From assembly GCA_902768805.1 (NCBI GenBank), contig CACXMX010000002.1, positions 6,241 through 70,240 on the forward strand: a DNA stretch of 64,000 nucleotides. Reading direction: 5' to 3'. The position numbers and the translations under genes were made by a program. The number at the start of each line of letters is the position of its first letter. Position 1 is the first letter of the stretch. This DNA is from Oscillospiraceae bacterium (GTDB taxonomy: Bacteria; Bacillota; Clostridia; Oscillospirales; Oscillospiraceae). This document shows, piece by piece, positions 37,232 to 45,306 of this stretch. The notes under the pieces were generated by a model that worked only from the letters and a program-made list of their open reading frames with translations, had not been told where the DNA came from and did not search any database.

Positions 37232-38194
37232 ATGGATCTCAGAAAAGTTACCATTGTCGGCGGCGGGGTACTCGGATCTCAGATCGGTTTGATGTGCGCC
37301 TATGTCGGAAAAGAAGTGACCTTCTGGCTTCGGTCGGAAGGGTCTGTCGAAAGAACCAAGCCCAAGCTGGAAAGATACTCCGAACTCATGATCAATGACC
37401 TTCTGGGCGCCAAAGCTCTGGTCGGCAGTCCGATGGGCAAATATTCCTATCCGCGGGGCCTGATCCGCGACTGGGATTCCGCCACAGCTGAAAGTATCGA
37501 CGATTTGGCCGAGGCGGCTAAAGAGCGTTTTGAGAAAAATATCCGCATTGAACTGGATCTGGCCGAGGCTCTCTCCGACGCAGACGTGGTCATAGAGGCA
37601 ATGGCCGAGGATCCCAAGGCGAAAATCCAAATCTACACGGACATGAAGGATCTGCTGCCCGAAAAGGCGGTGCTTCTGACAAACTCCTCCACACTTCTTC
37701 CCAGCACCTTTGCCTCTTACACCGGCAGACCGGATAAATATCTCGCTCTGCACTTCGCGAACACGATCTGGAAAAACAATACTGCCGAAGTCATGGGCCA
37801 TTCGGGTACCGATCCGCAAATCTTCAGCGAGACGGTAAAGTTCGCCGACGAAATCAACATGATCCCTCTGCAGCTTCACAAGGAGCAGCCGGGATACATC
37901 CTCAATTCGATGCTTGTTCCCTTCCTCACCGCCGCGCAGGCGCTGCTCGCCACCGGCGTGTCCGATTTCAAGACCATCGATCTAACCTGGGAGCTGGCTA
38001 CGGGAGCTCCTGCCGGTCCGTTTAAGATTCTGGATATCGTGGGCCTGGAGACCGCGTACAACATCAACCGGATGAAACCCGATGCGCAGGTCGAGGGTTC
38101 TGTCAGCAATCTGATCGGTAAACTCTTAAAGGAAAAAATCGACAAGGGTGAGACCGGCGTCAACTCAGGGATCGGTTTCTACAATTATAAATAA
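37232..38194 (+). CDS. 3-hydroxyacyl-CoA dehydrogenase family protein
   Basis: 320 aa. Rossmann motif VTIVGGGVLGSQIG, a C-terminal domain with the GPFKILDIVGLE pattern, AAGGAG RBS. Confidence 0.8.
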   Translation: MDLRKVTIVGGGVLGSQIGLMCAYVGKEVTFWLRSEGSVERTKPKLERYSELMINDLLGAKALVGSPMGKYSYPRGLIRDWDSATAESIDDLAEAAKERFEKNIRIELDLAEALSDADVVIEAMAEDPKAKIQIYTDMKDLLPEKAVLLTNSSTLLPSTFASYTGRPDKYLALHFANTIWKNNTAEVMGHSGTDPQIFSETVKFADEINMIPLQLHKEQPGYILNSMLVPFLTAAQALLATGVSDFKTIDLTWELATGAPAGPFKILDIVGLETAYNINRMKPDAQVEGSVSNLIGKLLKEKIDKGETGVNSGIGFYNYK

Positions 38195-38302
38195 TCCCAT
38201 TCGACATATCGCGGACATCTCTTTTTCCCGGAATTGCCTCTGCCGCCATTCCGAAAAGGAGACTGTCGTACCGCAGCAGCAGCTGAAATAACATAAGAAC
38301 GG

Positions 38303-38343
38303 CCGGTCTTCCTTGAATCGTTTTCAAAAGGAAGACCGGTTTC
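38303..38343 (+). terminator. intrinsic terminator after the dehydrogenase gene
   Basis: 12-bp stem CCGGTCTTCCTT / AAGGAAGACCGG followed by TTT. Confidence 0.7.
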
Positions 38344-38373
38344 CCATACATGCCGTATACCTTTGCGGAATGT

Positions 38374-38401
38374 CAAAAGGGGCTCCAGAAGGAGCCCCTT
38401 T
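38374..38401. terminator. bidirectional intrinsic terminator
   Basis: Perfect stem AAAAGGGGCTCC / GGAGCCCCTTTT with a 4-nt loop. A- and T-runs are built into the arms. Confidence 0.7.
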
Positions 38402-38416
38402 TCAATGAGGACTTTA

Positions 38417-38983
38417 TCAGAATACTTCCTTGCTGTAAGCCGCGATCTCTTCGGTGGTAGCCTCGTACACACCGGGGAAGGTGCTCATGGCCAGGCCCTG
38501 GCTGGCGCCGGGGATGAAGTAAAGCTTGCCGCACTCGTCGCAGGCCTTGCGGACCTCCTCGCGAACTTTTTCGCGGGTCCAGCCGGGGAAGTCGATGGCC
38601 GCGGAGTCGATGCCGCCCATGAAGCTGATTTTTCCTCCGTAGGTCTTGATCAGCTCGGGGATGTTGTTGCTGGTCATGACGCCCTGCCAGATATCGATGC
38701 CTATCTCGATCATTTCGGGCACCAGTGTGGCGGCGTAGGAGTCGGAGTGGTGCACGATCAGCTCCACGCCATGGGCTTTGTAGTAGCCGTAGACCTGCTT
38801 GTACGCGTCCAGATAGAAATCGTCAAACATGGCCGGAGACAGGAAGGTGGAGCGCTGAGAACCCCAGTCGTCGTGGTGGAAGATGGCGTCGGGATGGGTG
38901 TGGGAGCAGATCTCCTCAGCCAGAGACAGCTCGGAGCGGCCGAGTGCGGCATTCATCCTGTTTTTGAAATTGAGGATCCCGGC
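38417..38983 (-). pseudogene. 5'-truncated uroporphyrinogen-decarboxylase (URO-D/MtaA-like) family gene remnant
   Basis: Only about 180-190 codons remain. They match the C-terminal half of URO-D-family proteins (...HHDDWGSQ...IDIWQGV...GGIDSA...). The frame closes at a stop at 38984-38986 and there is no room for the N-terminal half. Confidence 0.6.
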
Positions 38984-39258
38984 TTATCCGCCGGCAGCTG
39001 CACGACGGGCAGGTTCGTCTCAACGAGGAGCTGCACAAGAAGTACAAGGACATCCTTGCTCTCGGAGGAGCGGGCTGTGACCTGTGCGCCAAGTGCACCT
39101 ACCCCGACGCCCCGTGCCGTTTCCCCGAAAAGCGGATGTCCGGCATGGAGGGCTACGGTCTTGTCGTAAGCGATGTATGCCGGAAAAACGGCATAGAATA
39201 CTATTACGGTCCCGACACGGTCACCTTCAGCGGAATGTTTCTTATCAAAGAGTCGTGA
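38974..39258 (+). pseudogene. 5'-truncated DUF2284-like metal-binding protein gene remnant
   Basis: The frame is open only from 38974 and has no start codon until near its end. The translation ...GGAGCDLCAKCTYPDAPCRFPEKRMSGMEGYGLVVSDVCRKNGIEYYYG... resembles the C-terminal Cys cluster of DUF2284 proteins. It is not in the ORF track. Confidence 0.5.
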
Positions 39259-39378
39259 TAAAACGGCAAAGTCTCACGCCCGAACGGGCGGGAGACCTTA
39301 TGTATATAGTATATATTAGCTGACACGGGGAATACCGGAGTTCGGAGGCCGCGGTCTCCGGACTCCGGTTTCTCCTTT

Positions 39379-40908
39379 TCACGATTCTTCCGGATGGAGC
39401 GCTTCCCTTTCCATGGCATGAGTCAGCGCCATATGCGCCCATTTGCCGGTGCTGTAGCGGTAATACATAAGCACCGTACGAAGGATCTGATCGGAAAGCA
39501 TGGCGATCCACGCCCCCCAAAGCCCCATGTTCAGGTACCGTATGGTGAACACAGCCAGTCCGCTTCGAACTACAATGACCGTAAAGGCGGTCACCATGGC
39601 GGAGAAGCGCGTGTCTCCGGCGCCGCGCAGGCCGCCCGAGATGATAAACTGCTCGGCCTGTACCGGCTGCGCGAAGCCGATCAGCAGCAGGACTGCGCTG
39701 CCTGCGGCGACAACCTCCGGAGTGGTGTTGTATATCCCGATGATCTGACTTCGGAAGGTCATCACCATCAGCCCGACCCCTGCCGCCACAAAGAGACCAA
39801 GTCTTCGCGTATAGCGCATATAGATCACCGCCATGTCGTAACGGCGCTTTCCCAGGCTCTGCCCCATCAGCGTGGTGGCGGAAACGGCAAAGGCCTGTCC
39901 GATCATCATGCTCATGGCCTGAATGTTCATGCAGATATTGTGCGTGGCAAACATTACGGTACCCAGCCCGGAGACGGCGCGGGTGAAGATGATGGAGCCC
40001 AGGCGCATGAATCCCTGTTCGATCATGGCGGGCAAACCGATCCTCACCACATCCCGGAGAATATCCGTATCGAAGGAAAAACGCTCCCTGAGATCGATCC
40101 CGACATATCTTTTCGAGCCCCAGACCGAGTATACGGCCATCACAGCGGCGACGCACTGGCCTATATCGGTCGCCCAGGAAGCCCCCTCCACTCCCATCGC
40201 CGGAAAGCCGAATTTGCCATAGATCATGATGTAGTTGAAAATCACGTTGACCACGTTGGCCGTCGTATTGTATATAAGCGGCACTCTTGAGTCTCCGATG
40301 CCCCGGAGCGCGGCTGTGATCGTGAAAGTGAACATCACCGGAATGAAGCCGTAAAACTGTATGTTCAGGTAGTTGACAGCCTTCTGCAGAGTGACAGCGT
40401 CTATCGTCGTCCTTTTGCCGCCGCTCATAAGCCTGATCAGCGAAGCGGAGGACAGTCTTCCGATGACAAGGAATACCGCGCCGATGATCAGATTCAGCAG
40501 CAGCGCCTGACGAAATACCTGATTTGCCTTCGCGTGGTTTTTCTGCCCGCGATATCTCGCGATCACGGCTGTGGAACCCACGTTGAGAGCCATGACCATG
40601 ATCATAAGCATGAATTTGGGCTGCGCCGCAAGCCCGACGGCGCTCAGGCCCTGCACGCCGGCCTCTCCCGGAATGCGTCCGACCATGATCTGGTCCGCCA
40701 TGCTGGTCAGCTGCGAGAGGATCAGCTCCATCAGACTCGGCCAGGCGATCATGGCCACGTCCCGCATCAGTTCTCCCCGCCGGACGTTCTCCGGGATCGT
40801 TACATATTTTTTTCGCTCCGCTACATTCTCGGCGGTGTAATCGCCGTAAGGCAGACGGTCCAGCGTAGTATGAACGATTTTTGTTTTGGTTTTCTTCTCT
40901 TCCGCCAT
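39379..40908 (-). CDS. MATE family efflux transporter
   Basis: 509 aa. ...MIAWPSLMELILSQLTSMADQIMVGR..., 12 TM pattern. Confidence 0.9.
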   Translation of the reverse strand: MAEEKKTKTKIVHTTLDRLPYGDYTAENVAERKKYVTIPENVRRGELMRDVAMIAWPSLMELILSQLTSMADQIMVGRIPGEAGVQGLSAVGLAAQPKFMLMIMVMALNVGSTAVIARYRGQKNHAKANQVFRQALLLNLIIGAVFLVIGRLSSASLIRLMSGGKRTTIDAVTLQKAVNYLNIQFYGFIPVMFTFTITAALRGIGDSRVPLIYNTTANVVNVIFNYIMIYGKFGFPAMGVEGASWATDIGQCVAAVMAVYSVWGSKRYVGIDLRERFSFDTDILRDVVRIGLPAMIEQGFMRLGSIIFTRAVSGLGTVMFATHNICMNIQAMSMMIGQAFAVSATTLMGQSLGKRRYDMAVIYMRYTRRLGLFVAAGVGLMVMTFRSQIIGIYNTTPEVVAAGSAVLLLIGFAQPVQAEQFIISGGLRGAGDTRFSAMVTAFTVIVVRSGLAVFTIRYLNMGLWGAWIAMLSDQILRTVLMYYRYSTGKWAHMALTHAMEREALHPEES

Positions 40909-40984
40909 ACGCTCATCTTCTTTCCCTGCGGATCATCATCTGATTTAATAACATGCTTTCAATGTTATCACGACACGCGCCGAA

Positions 40985-41020
40985 ATACAAGAAAAAGAAA
41001 CCGGCCCTCGGGCCGGTTTC
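40985..41020 (-). terminator. intrinsic terminator between the 45-codon ORF and the MATE gene
   Basis: On the minus strand: GAAACCGGCCC-GA-GGGCCGGTTTC followed by TTTTTCTTGTATTT. Confidence 0.8.
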
Positions 41021-41048
41021 CGACGATATATGTCAAACAGCTTGCTGT

Positions 41049-41186
41049 TTATCTTCCAAACAGTCTTGAGAACAGGCCGCGGGCGGTCATCGCGCTGCCG
41101 TTGGGGTTGCGAAGTTCGGGAACTCCGGCGTCCTCGGAGAGGACGAAGCTCATAACCATATCGTTTCTGTCGTACCAGTTCATCAT
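41049..41186 (-). CDS. small hypothetical protein (45 aa)
   Basis: MMNWYDRNDMVMSFVLSEDAGVPELRNPNGSAMTARGLFSRLFGR. GGGAGG RBS 9 nt upstream of ATG 41186. Extended -10 TGCTATACT at 41242-41234. Its own terminator lies downstream. No family recognised. Confidence 0.5.
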   Translation of the reverse strand: MMNWYDRNDMVMSFVLSEDAGVPELRNPNGSAMTARGLFSRLFGR

Positions 41187-41307
41187 TTTTCGGTACCTCC
41201 CTGTGTCATTGCGTTTGTCCCAAACGCGCGGCCAGTATAGCATGACGAAACGGTATTTCTTATATATTAATTTGATTTTTGTCATATTCATTTGTAATAA
41301 TCATAAA

Positions 41308-41336
41308 TTGACGCCGTACGACCCGCGTGATATCAT
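41308..41336 (+). promoter_or_regulatory. SigA-type promoter (extended -10) of the AraC-headed operon
   Basis: TTGACG (41308-41313), 17-nt spacer ending in TGA, TATCAT (41331-41336). Confidence 0.5.
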
Positions 41337-41365
41337 TGTGAAAAACCGATCATCGGAGAAGAATT

Positions 41366-42145
41366 ATGGCTGTAAACCGCCAGATAGAGCAGTCTCTTGC
41401 CCGCCTCACTCTCGAGCAGAGGGAGCGTCATTTTCATCACCACAGCTACCGTGAGGATCTTCGCCAGTACGAACTGATGCGGAGGGGCGATCCGGATGCC
41501 GTTGCGGAGGGAGAACGGATGTTCCGGGGACCCAATACGGGTTCCCTGTCCGACGACCCTCTGACGAATTACCGTTATCTTTTCGTCTCGGCCGTGACCA
41601 TGGCATGCCGCTTCTGTATGGAGGGCGGCATGGACAGTGAGATCGCCTACAATCTCAGCGACCTGTATATCCGGAAAATGGACCGGTGCGAAAGCGTTGA
41701 GGAGATCTTCAGCCTTCACTCCGCCATGTTTTCCGATTTTACGAGCCGCATGGGTGCTCTTATACGGGAAAAGACCTATTCTCTGCCCGTGCATAAAGTG
41801 ATGGAATATATCTCCCGTCGGCTGCAGGATCCTCTCACCGTGGAACATCTGGCCGAAGTGGCCGGACTCACCCCCTCCTATTTATCCACCCTGTTTAAAA
41901 AGGAGACGGGTATTGCCCTGTCGGAGTATATCCGCCGCGAAAGGATCGACATGGCCGGGCAGCTGCTGCAGTACACGGATTACTCCTGTACCGATATAGC
42001 GGAGTACCTGTGTTTTTCCTCGGACAGCCACTTTTCCCGTGTATTCCGCGAGTATGTGGGGCTGACCCCCACCGAATACCGAAAAAGAAATTTCCAAAGA
42101 TTCTGGAATAAGGACGAGACACCGGAAAGGAGCGGATCGAAATGA
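41366..42145 (+). CDS. AraC family transcriptional regulator
   Basis: 259 aa. C-terminal double HTH (LTVEHLAEVAGLTPSYLSTLFKKETG ... IAEYLCFSSDSHFSRVFREYVGLTPTEYRK). Confidence 0.9.
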   Translation: MAVNRQIEQSLARLTLEQRERHFHHHSYREDLRQYELMRRGDPDAVAEGERMFRGPNTGSLSDDPLTNYRYLFVSAVTMACRFCMEGGMDSEIAYNLSDLYIRKMDRCESVEEIFSLHSAMFSDFTSRMGALIREKTYSLPVHKVMEYISRRLQDPLTVEHLAEVAGLTPSYLSTLFKKETGIALSEYIRRERIDMAGQLLQYTDYSCTDIAEYLCFSSDSHFSRVFREYVGLTPTEYRKRNFQRFWNKDETPERSGSK

Positions 42146-43209
42146 AGCACAGGGGAACCGTCTGGCTGGAAACGGAGAGGCTGATCCTCCGCCGTTTCAC
42201 TCCGGCGGACGCGGAAACGGCATACCGGAATTATACTTCCGACCCTTACGTAACCGAATACCTGACATGGCCTGTTCACGACAGCGCCGAAACCACCCGC
42301 GCTCTGCTGAAACAATGGACGGCCCAGTACAAAGACCGCTCTTTTTACCAATGGGCCATCGAACTTCGTTCCCTCCGTGAGGTCATCGGCGGTATCAGCG
42401 TGGTGGACTGGCAGACGGATGCCGAAGCCCCCGAGCTCGGATGGTGCATAGGTTCAAAATGGTGGGGCCGGGGCCTCATGCCCGAAGCGGCAAGCGCCGT
42501 AATGAAGTATCTGTTCGAAAACGTGGGCGTTCTTCGCGTCACCGCCCGCTGCGACGCCGAAAACCCCAAATCGGCCCGGGTCATGGAAAAAATAGGAATG
42601 ACGTACGAGGGCACTCTCCGCGCTCACGGCCGCAACAACCGCGGCATAGTCGACGAGGTCTGCTACGGCATCCTGAAGAGCGAGTTTGAATCCGGTCCAG
42701 CTTCTGTCTTTCGTCGTATGAGGCGTTCCGCCCAGCAGCTTGACCGGGCAGAATGCGAAAGGATCCTCTCGGAGGCAGACTGCGGAGTCCTCGCCGTCAT
42801 CGGAGACGGCGGGAGGCCGTATGCCGTGCCCGTGAACCACGTGTACCGTGACGGAAAGCTTTATTTCCACTGCGCCGTATCCGGGCACAAGCTCGACGCC
42901 ATACGGAGAAACCCAAACGTGTCCTACTGTGTGATCGGGCGCGGAGAGGTCCTCCCGGCTGAGCTGGCCACGTCCTATACCAGCGTCATCGTTTTCGGCA
43001 AAGCCCGGATCGCTTCCGACGAAACAGAGCTCCGGCGTATAGCCGTCCTTATAGGCAGCCGTTTCTCCGCGGATCATCCGGAGGAGGTACGGCGTGAAAC
43101 GGACGAGACCATAACCTCCGGCAGATTGTGCTGTGTGGAGATCGCCATCGATCACATGACCGGCAAATGCTCCCGGGACATCATGCTCGAGCGGAGGCGA
43201 AAAGCGTAA
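42142..43209 (+). CDS. fusion protein: GNAT (RimJ/RimL-like) N-acetyltransferase plus pyridoxamine-5'-phosphate-oxidase/Nim-like flavoprotein domain
   Basis: 355 aa. Residues ~1-185 are GNAT (TERLILRRFTPADAE..., WWGRGLMPEAA). Residues ~190-355 are Nim/PNPOx-like (FRRMRRSAQQLDRAECERIL...GVLAV...PYAVPVNHVY.DGKLYFHCA.SGHKLDAIRRNP). Confidence 0.8.
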   Translation: MKHRGTVWLETERLILRRFTPADAETAYRNYTSDPYVTEYLTWPVHDSAETTRALLKQWTAQYKDRSFYQWAIELRSLREVIGGISVVDWQTDAEAPELGWCIGSKWWGRGLMPEAASAVMKYLFENVGVLRVTARCDAENPKSARVMEKIGMTYEGTLRAHGRNNRGIVDEVCYGILKSEFESGPASVFRRMRRSAQQLDRAECERILSEADCGVLAVIGDGGRPYAVPVNHVYRDGKLYFHCAVSGHKLDAIRRNPNVSYCVIGRGEVLPAELATSYTSVIVFGKARIASDETELRRIAVLIGSRFSADHPEEVRRETDETITSGRLCCVEIAIDHMTGKCSRDIMLERRRKA

Positions 43210-43706
43210 TGCCCGCGGCAAGGCAGAAGATCGAGCACCCGATCCCTCCCACCTACGACGAGAACAGCACCATCCTGATCCTGGGGAGCTTTCCCTCGGT
43301 AAAGACCAGGGAGTACGGATACTTTTACGGTCATCCTCAGAATCGTTTCTGGCGCGTGATGGCCGCTCTGTACGGCGAGGAGGTCCCCGAAGGCAAAGAG
43401 GAACGGAGGGCGTTTCTGCTGCGCAACGGCGTCGCGGCCTGGGACGTGATCGCATCCTGTACGATCGTCGGCTCCTCGGACAGTTCGATCCGGGATGTCA
43501 CCGTCAACGATCTGAGACCCATCCTGTCGGGATCTCATGTCGAAAGGATATTTGTCAACGGCAGGACCGCCGAAAAAATGTACCGCCGCTACACCGAGCC
43601 CATGCTCGGAATACGCGCGGTATGTCTGCCCTCCACCAGTCCGGCCAACGCCGCCTGTTCACTCGAACGCCTTACAGCCGAGTGGAGAGCGCTTATACTT
43701 GAGTGA
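43209..43706 (+). CDS. uracil-DNA glycosylase superfamily protein, hypoxanthine/deoxyinosine DNA glycosylase-like
   Basis: 165 aa from ATG 43209 (TAATG overlap). ILILGSFPS and YGHPQNRFW motifs. Confidence 0.75.
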   Translation: MPAARQKIEHPIPPTYDENSTILILGSFPSVKTREYGYFYGHPQNRFWRVMAALYGEEVPEGKEERRAFLLRNGVAAWDVIASCTIVGSSDSSIRDVTVNDLRPILSGSHVERIFVNGRTAEKMYRRYTEPMLGIRAVCLPSTSPANAACSLERLTAEWRALILE

Positions 43707-43730
43707 ATCACGATCTGAGGAGGCCCGTAT

Positions 43731-44222
43731 ATGTCTAAAACGCTGATGCTTTACTACACCTTCACCGGGAATACGGAGTTTGTCTCCGAACGTATGAAGG
43801 AACTGATCCCTGATCTCACCGTTGAGCGGCTCATTGCGGAAAACGAACCGCCAAAAAAAGGCTTTGCGCGGTTTCTCCTCGGCGGTGCCGAAGCTCTTTT
43901 CCGCAGTGATCCGGCTCTGTTTCCCGTATTCCATGACCCCAATAAATTCGAAAAAGTGATCCTTGCGTTTCCCGTGTGGGCCGGCACATATCCTCCCGCG
44001 GTGGCGGCTCTGTTCAAAAAAGCCCCCTTTCGGGGGAAAAAGCTCTACATCATAGCCTGTTCCTCGAGCGGACGCGCCGAAAAAGCGATCGACTCTGCCG
44101 CGGAGGCTCTGTCCGAAAATGAACTGCGGGGCAGTCTCAGCCTGAGAGATCCGCTTTCCGACAGGGTCGGGTCCATCGTCAGGATTGCCTCTTTTGCCCG
44201 GTTCACGGAGGAAGACGAATGA
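43731..44222 (+). CDS. flavodoxin family protein
   Basis: 163 aa. The N-terminus KTLMLYYTFTGNTEF is typical of an FMN-binding loop. GAGGAGG RBS. Confidence 0.8.
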   Translation: MSKTLMLYYTFTGNTEFVSERMKELIPDLTVERLIAENEPPKKGFARFLLGGAEALFRSDPALFPVFHDPNKFEKVILAFPVWAGTYPPAVAALFKKAPFRGKKLYIIACSSSGRAEKAIDSAAEALSENELRGSLSLRDPLSDRVGSIVRIASFARFTEEDE

Positions 44223-44704
44223 GTGAGCTCAGTTTCCGTTTTGCCGTTCCCGATGACACGCCGCTGATCCTCCGCTTCATCCGGCTTCTGGCTGAATATG
44301 AAAAAATGGCCGATCTGGTAACAGCCACTGAGGAAGAGCTGCGCGGGCAGCTGTTTGAAGAGAAAAAAGCCGAGGTGATCTTTGCCGTGCTTGACGGAAA
44401 GGAAATCGGCTTCGCCCTCTTTTTTCATAATTTCTCCACGTTCCTGGGAAGAGCCGGACTTTACCTGGAAGACCTGTATATTCTTGAGGAATACAGAGGA
44501 AAGGGATACGGAAAGGCCCTGTTCCGTGAGCTGGCCCGCGTAGCCGTTGAACGGGGCTGCGGCAGGTTTGAATGGTGGTGCCTCGACTGGAATCTGCCGA
44601 GCATAGAATTCTACCGGTCCATGGGGGCGCTCCCGATGGATGAGTGGACCGTTTACCGCATTGACGGAGACACTCTCCGCGCCCTGGGCGCGCGCACGCC
44701 GTGA
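44219..44704 (+). CDS. GNAT family N-acetyltransferase (diamine acetyltransferase-like)
   Basis: 161 aa. YLEDLYILEEYRGKGYGKALF acetyl-CoA motif. ATGA overlap upstream. Confidence 0.85.
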   Translation: MSELSFRFAVPDDTPLILRFIRLLAEYEKMADLVTATEEELRGQLFEEKKAEVIFAVLDGKEIGFALFFHNFSTFLGRAGLYLEDLYILEEYRGKGYGKALFRELARVAVERGCGRFEWWCLDWNLPSIEFYRSMGALPMDEWTVYRIDGDTLRALGARTP

Positions 44705-45306
44705 ACGGCGTCATTATCCGCGCCGCGCTCCCCGGAGATGCCGCCGCGGTGCGTGAGATCTACCGCTGGTATGTGGAAAACACCGCTGTCACATATGATT
44801 ACGAGACTCCTTCCGAAGAGGAGTTTTCCCGAAGGATCGCCCGGACGCTGGAGTTCTATCCCTGGCTGATCGCGGAGTCGGACGGATCTGTCGCGGGCTT
44901 CGCGTACGCCGGGCGTTTCCATCCCAGAGCCGCCTACGACCGCTGTGCGGAATTGAGCATTTACCTCGCTCCGCATAATCGGCGGCTCGGTTTGGGCCGC
45001 GCTCTGTATACGGCTCTCGAGGAGGCGCTGAAGCTGATGGGGATCCTCAATCTGTATGCCTGTATCGCTTCCCCTCCCGAACCGGACGAATATCTCACCG
45101 ACGGCAGCGAGCGTTTCCATGAGCGAATGGGCTTTCACAGGAACGGTCTTTTCCGTTCCTGCGGGTATAAGTTCGGCCGCTGGTACGACATGATATGGAT
45201 GGAAAAGCTCATCGGCGAGCATACCGCCGATGAGCCGCCTATTCAGCCTTTTTCTTCCGCGGTCCCGGATACGGCTCCGTTCTTTTTCCAGTTTCCGCGC
45301 AGATAG
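44701..45306 (+). CDS. GNAT family N-acetyltransferase (phosphinothricin-acetyltransferase-like)
   Basis: 201 aa with a GTG start in a GTGA overlap. IRAALPGDAAAVREIY..YVENT..TYDYE.P and KFGRWYDMIWMEK are PAT-like. The last ~28 aa are an extension that overlaps the convergent MATE gene. Confidence 0.8.
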   Translation: MNGVIIRAALPGDAAAVREIYRWYVENTAVTYDYETPSEEEFSRRIARTLEFYPWLIAESDGSVAGFAYAGRFHPRAAYDRCAELSIYLAPHNRRLGLGRALYTALEEALKLMGILNLYACIASPPEPDEYLTDGSERFHERMGFHRNGLFRSCGYKFGRWYDMIWMEKLIGEHTADEPPIQPFSSAVPDTAPFFFQFPRR

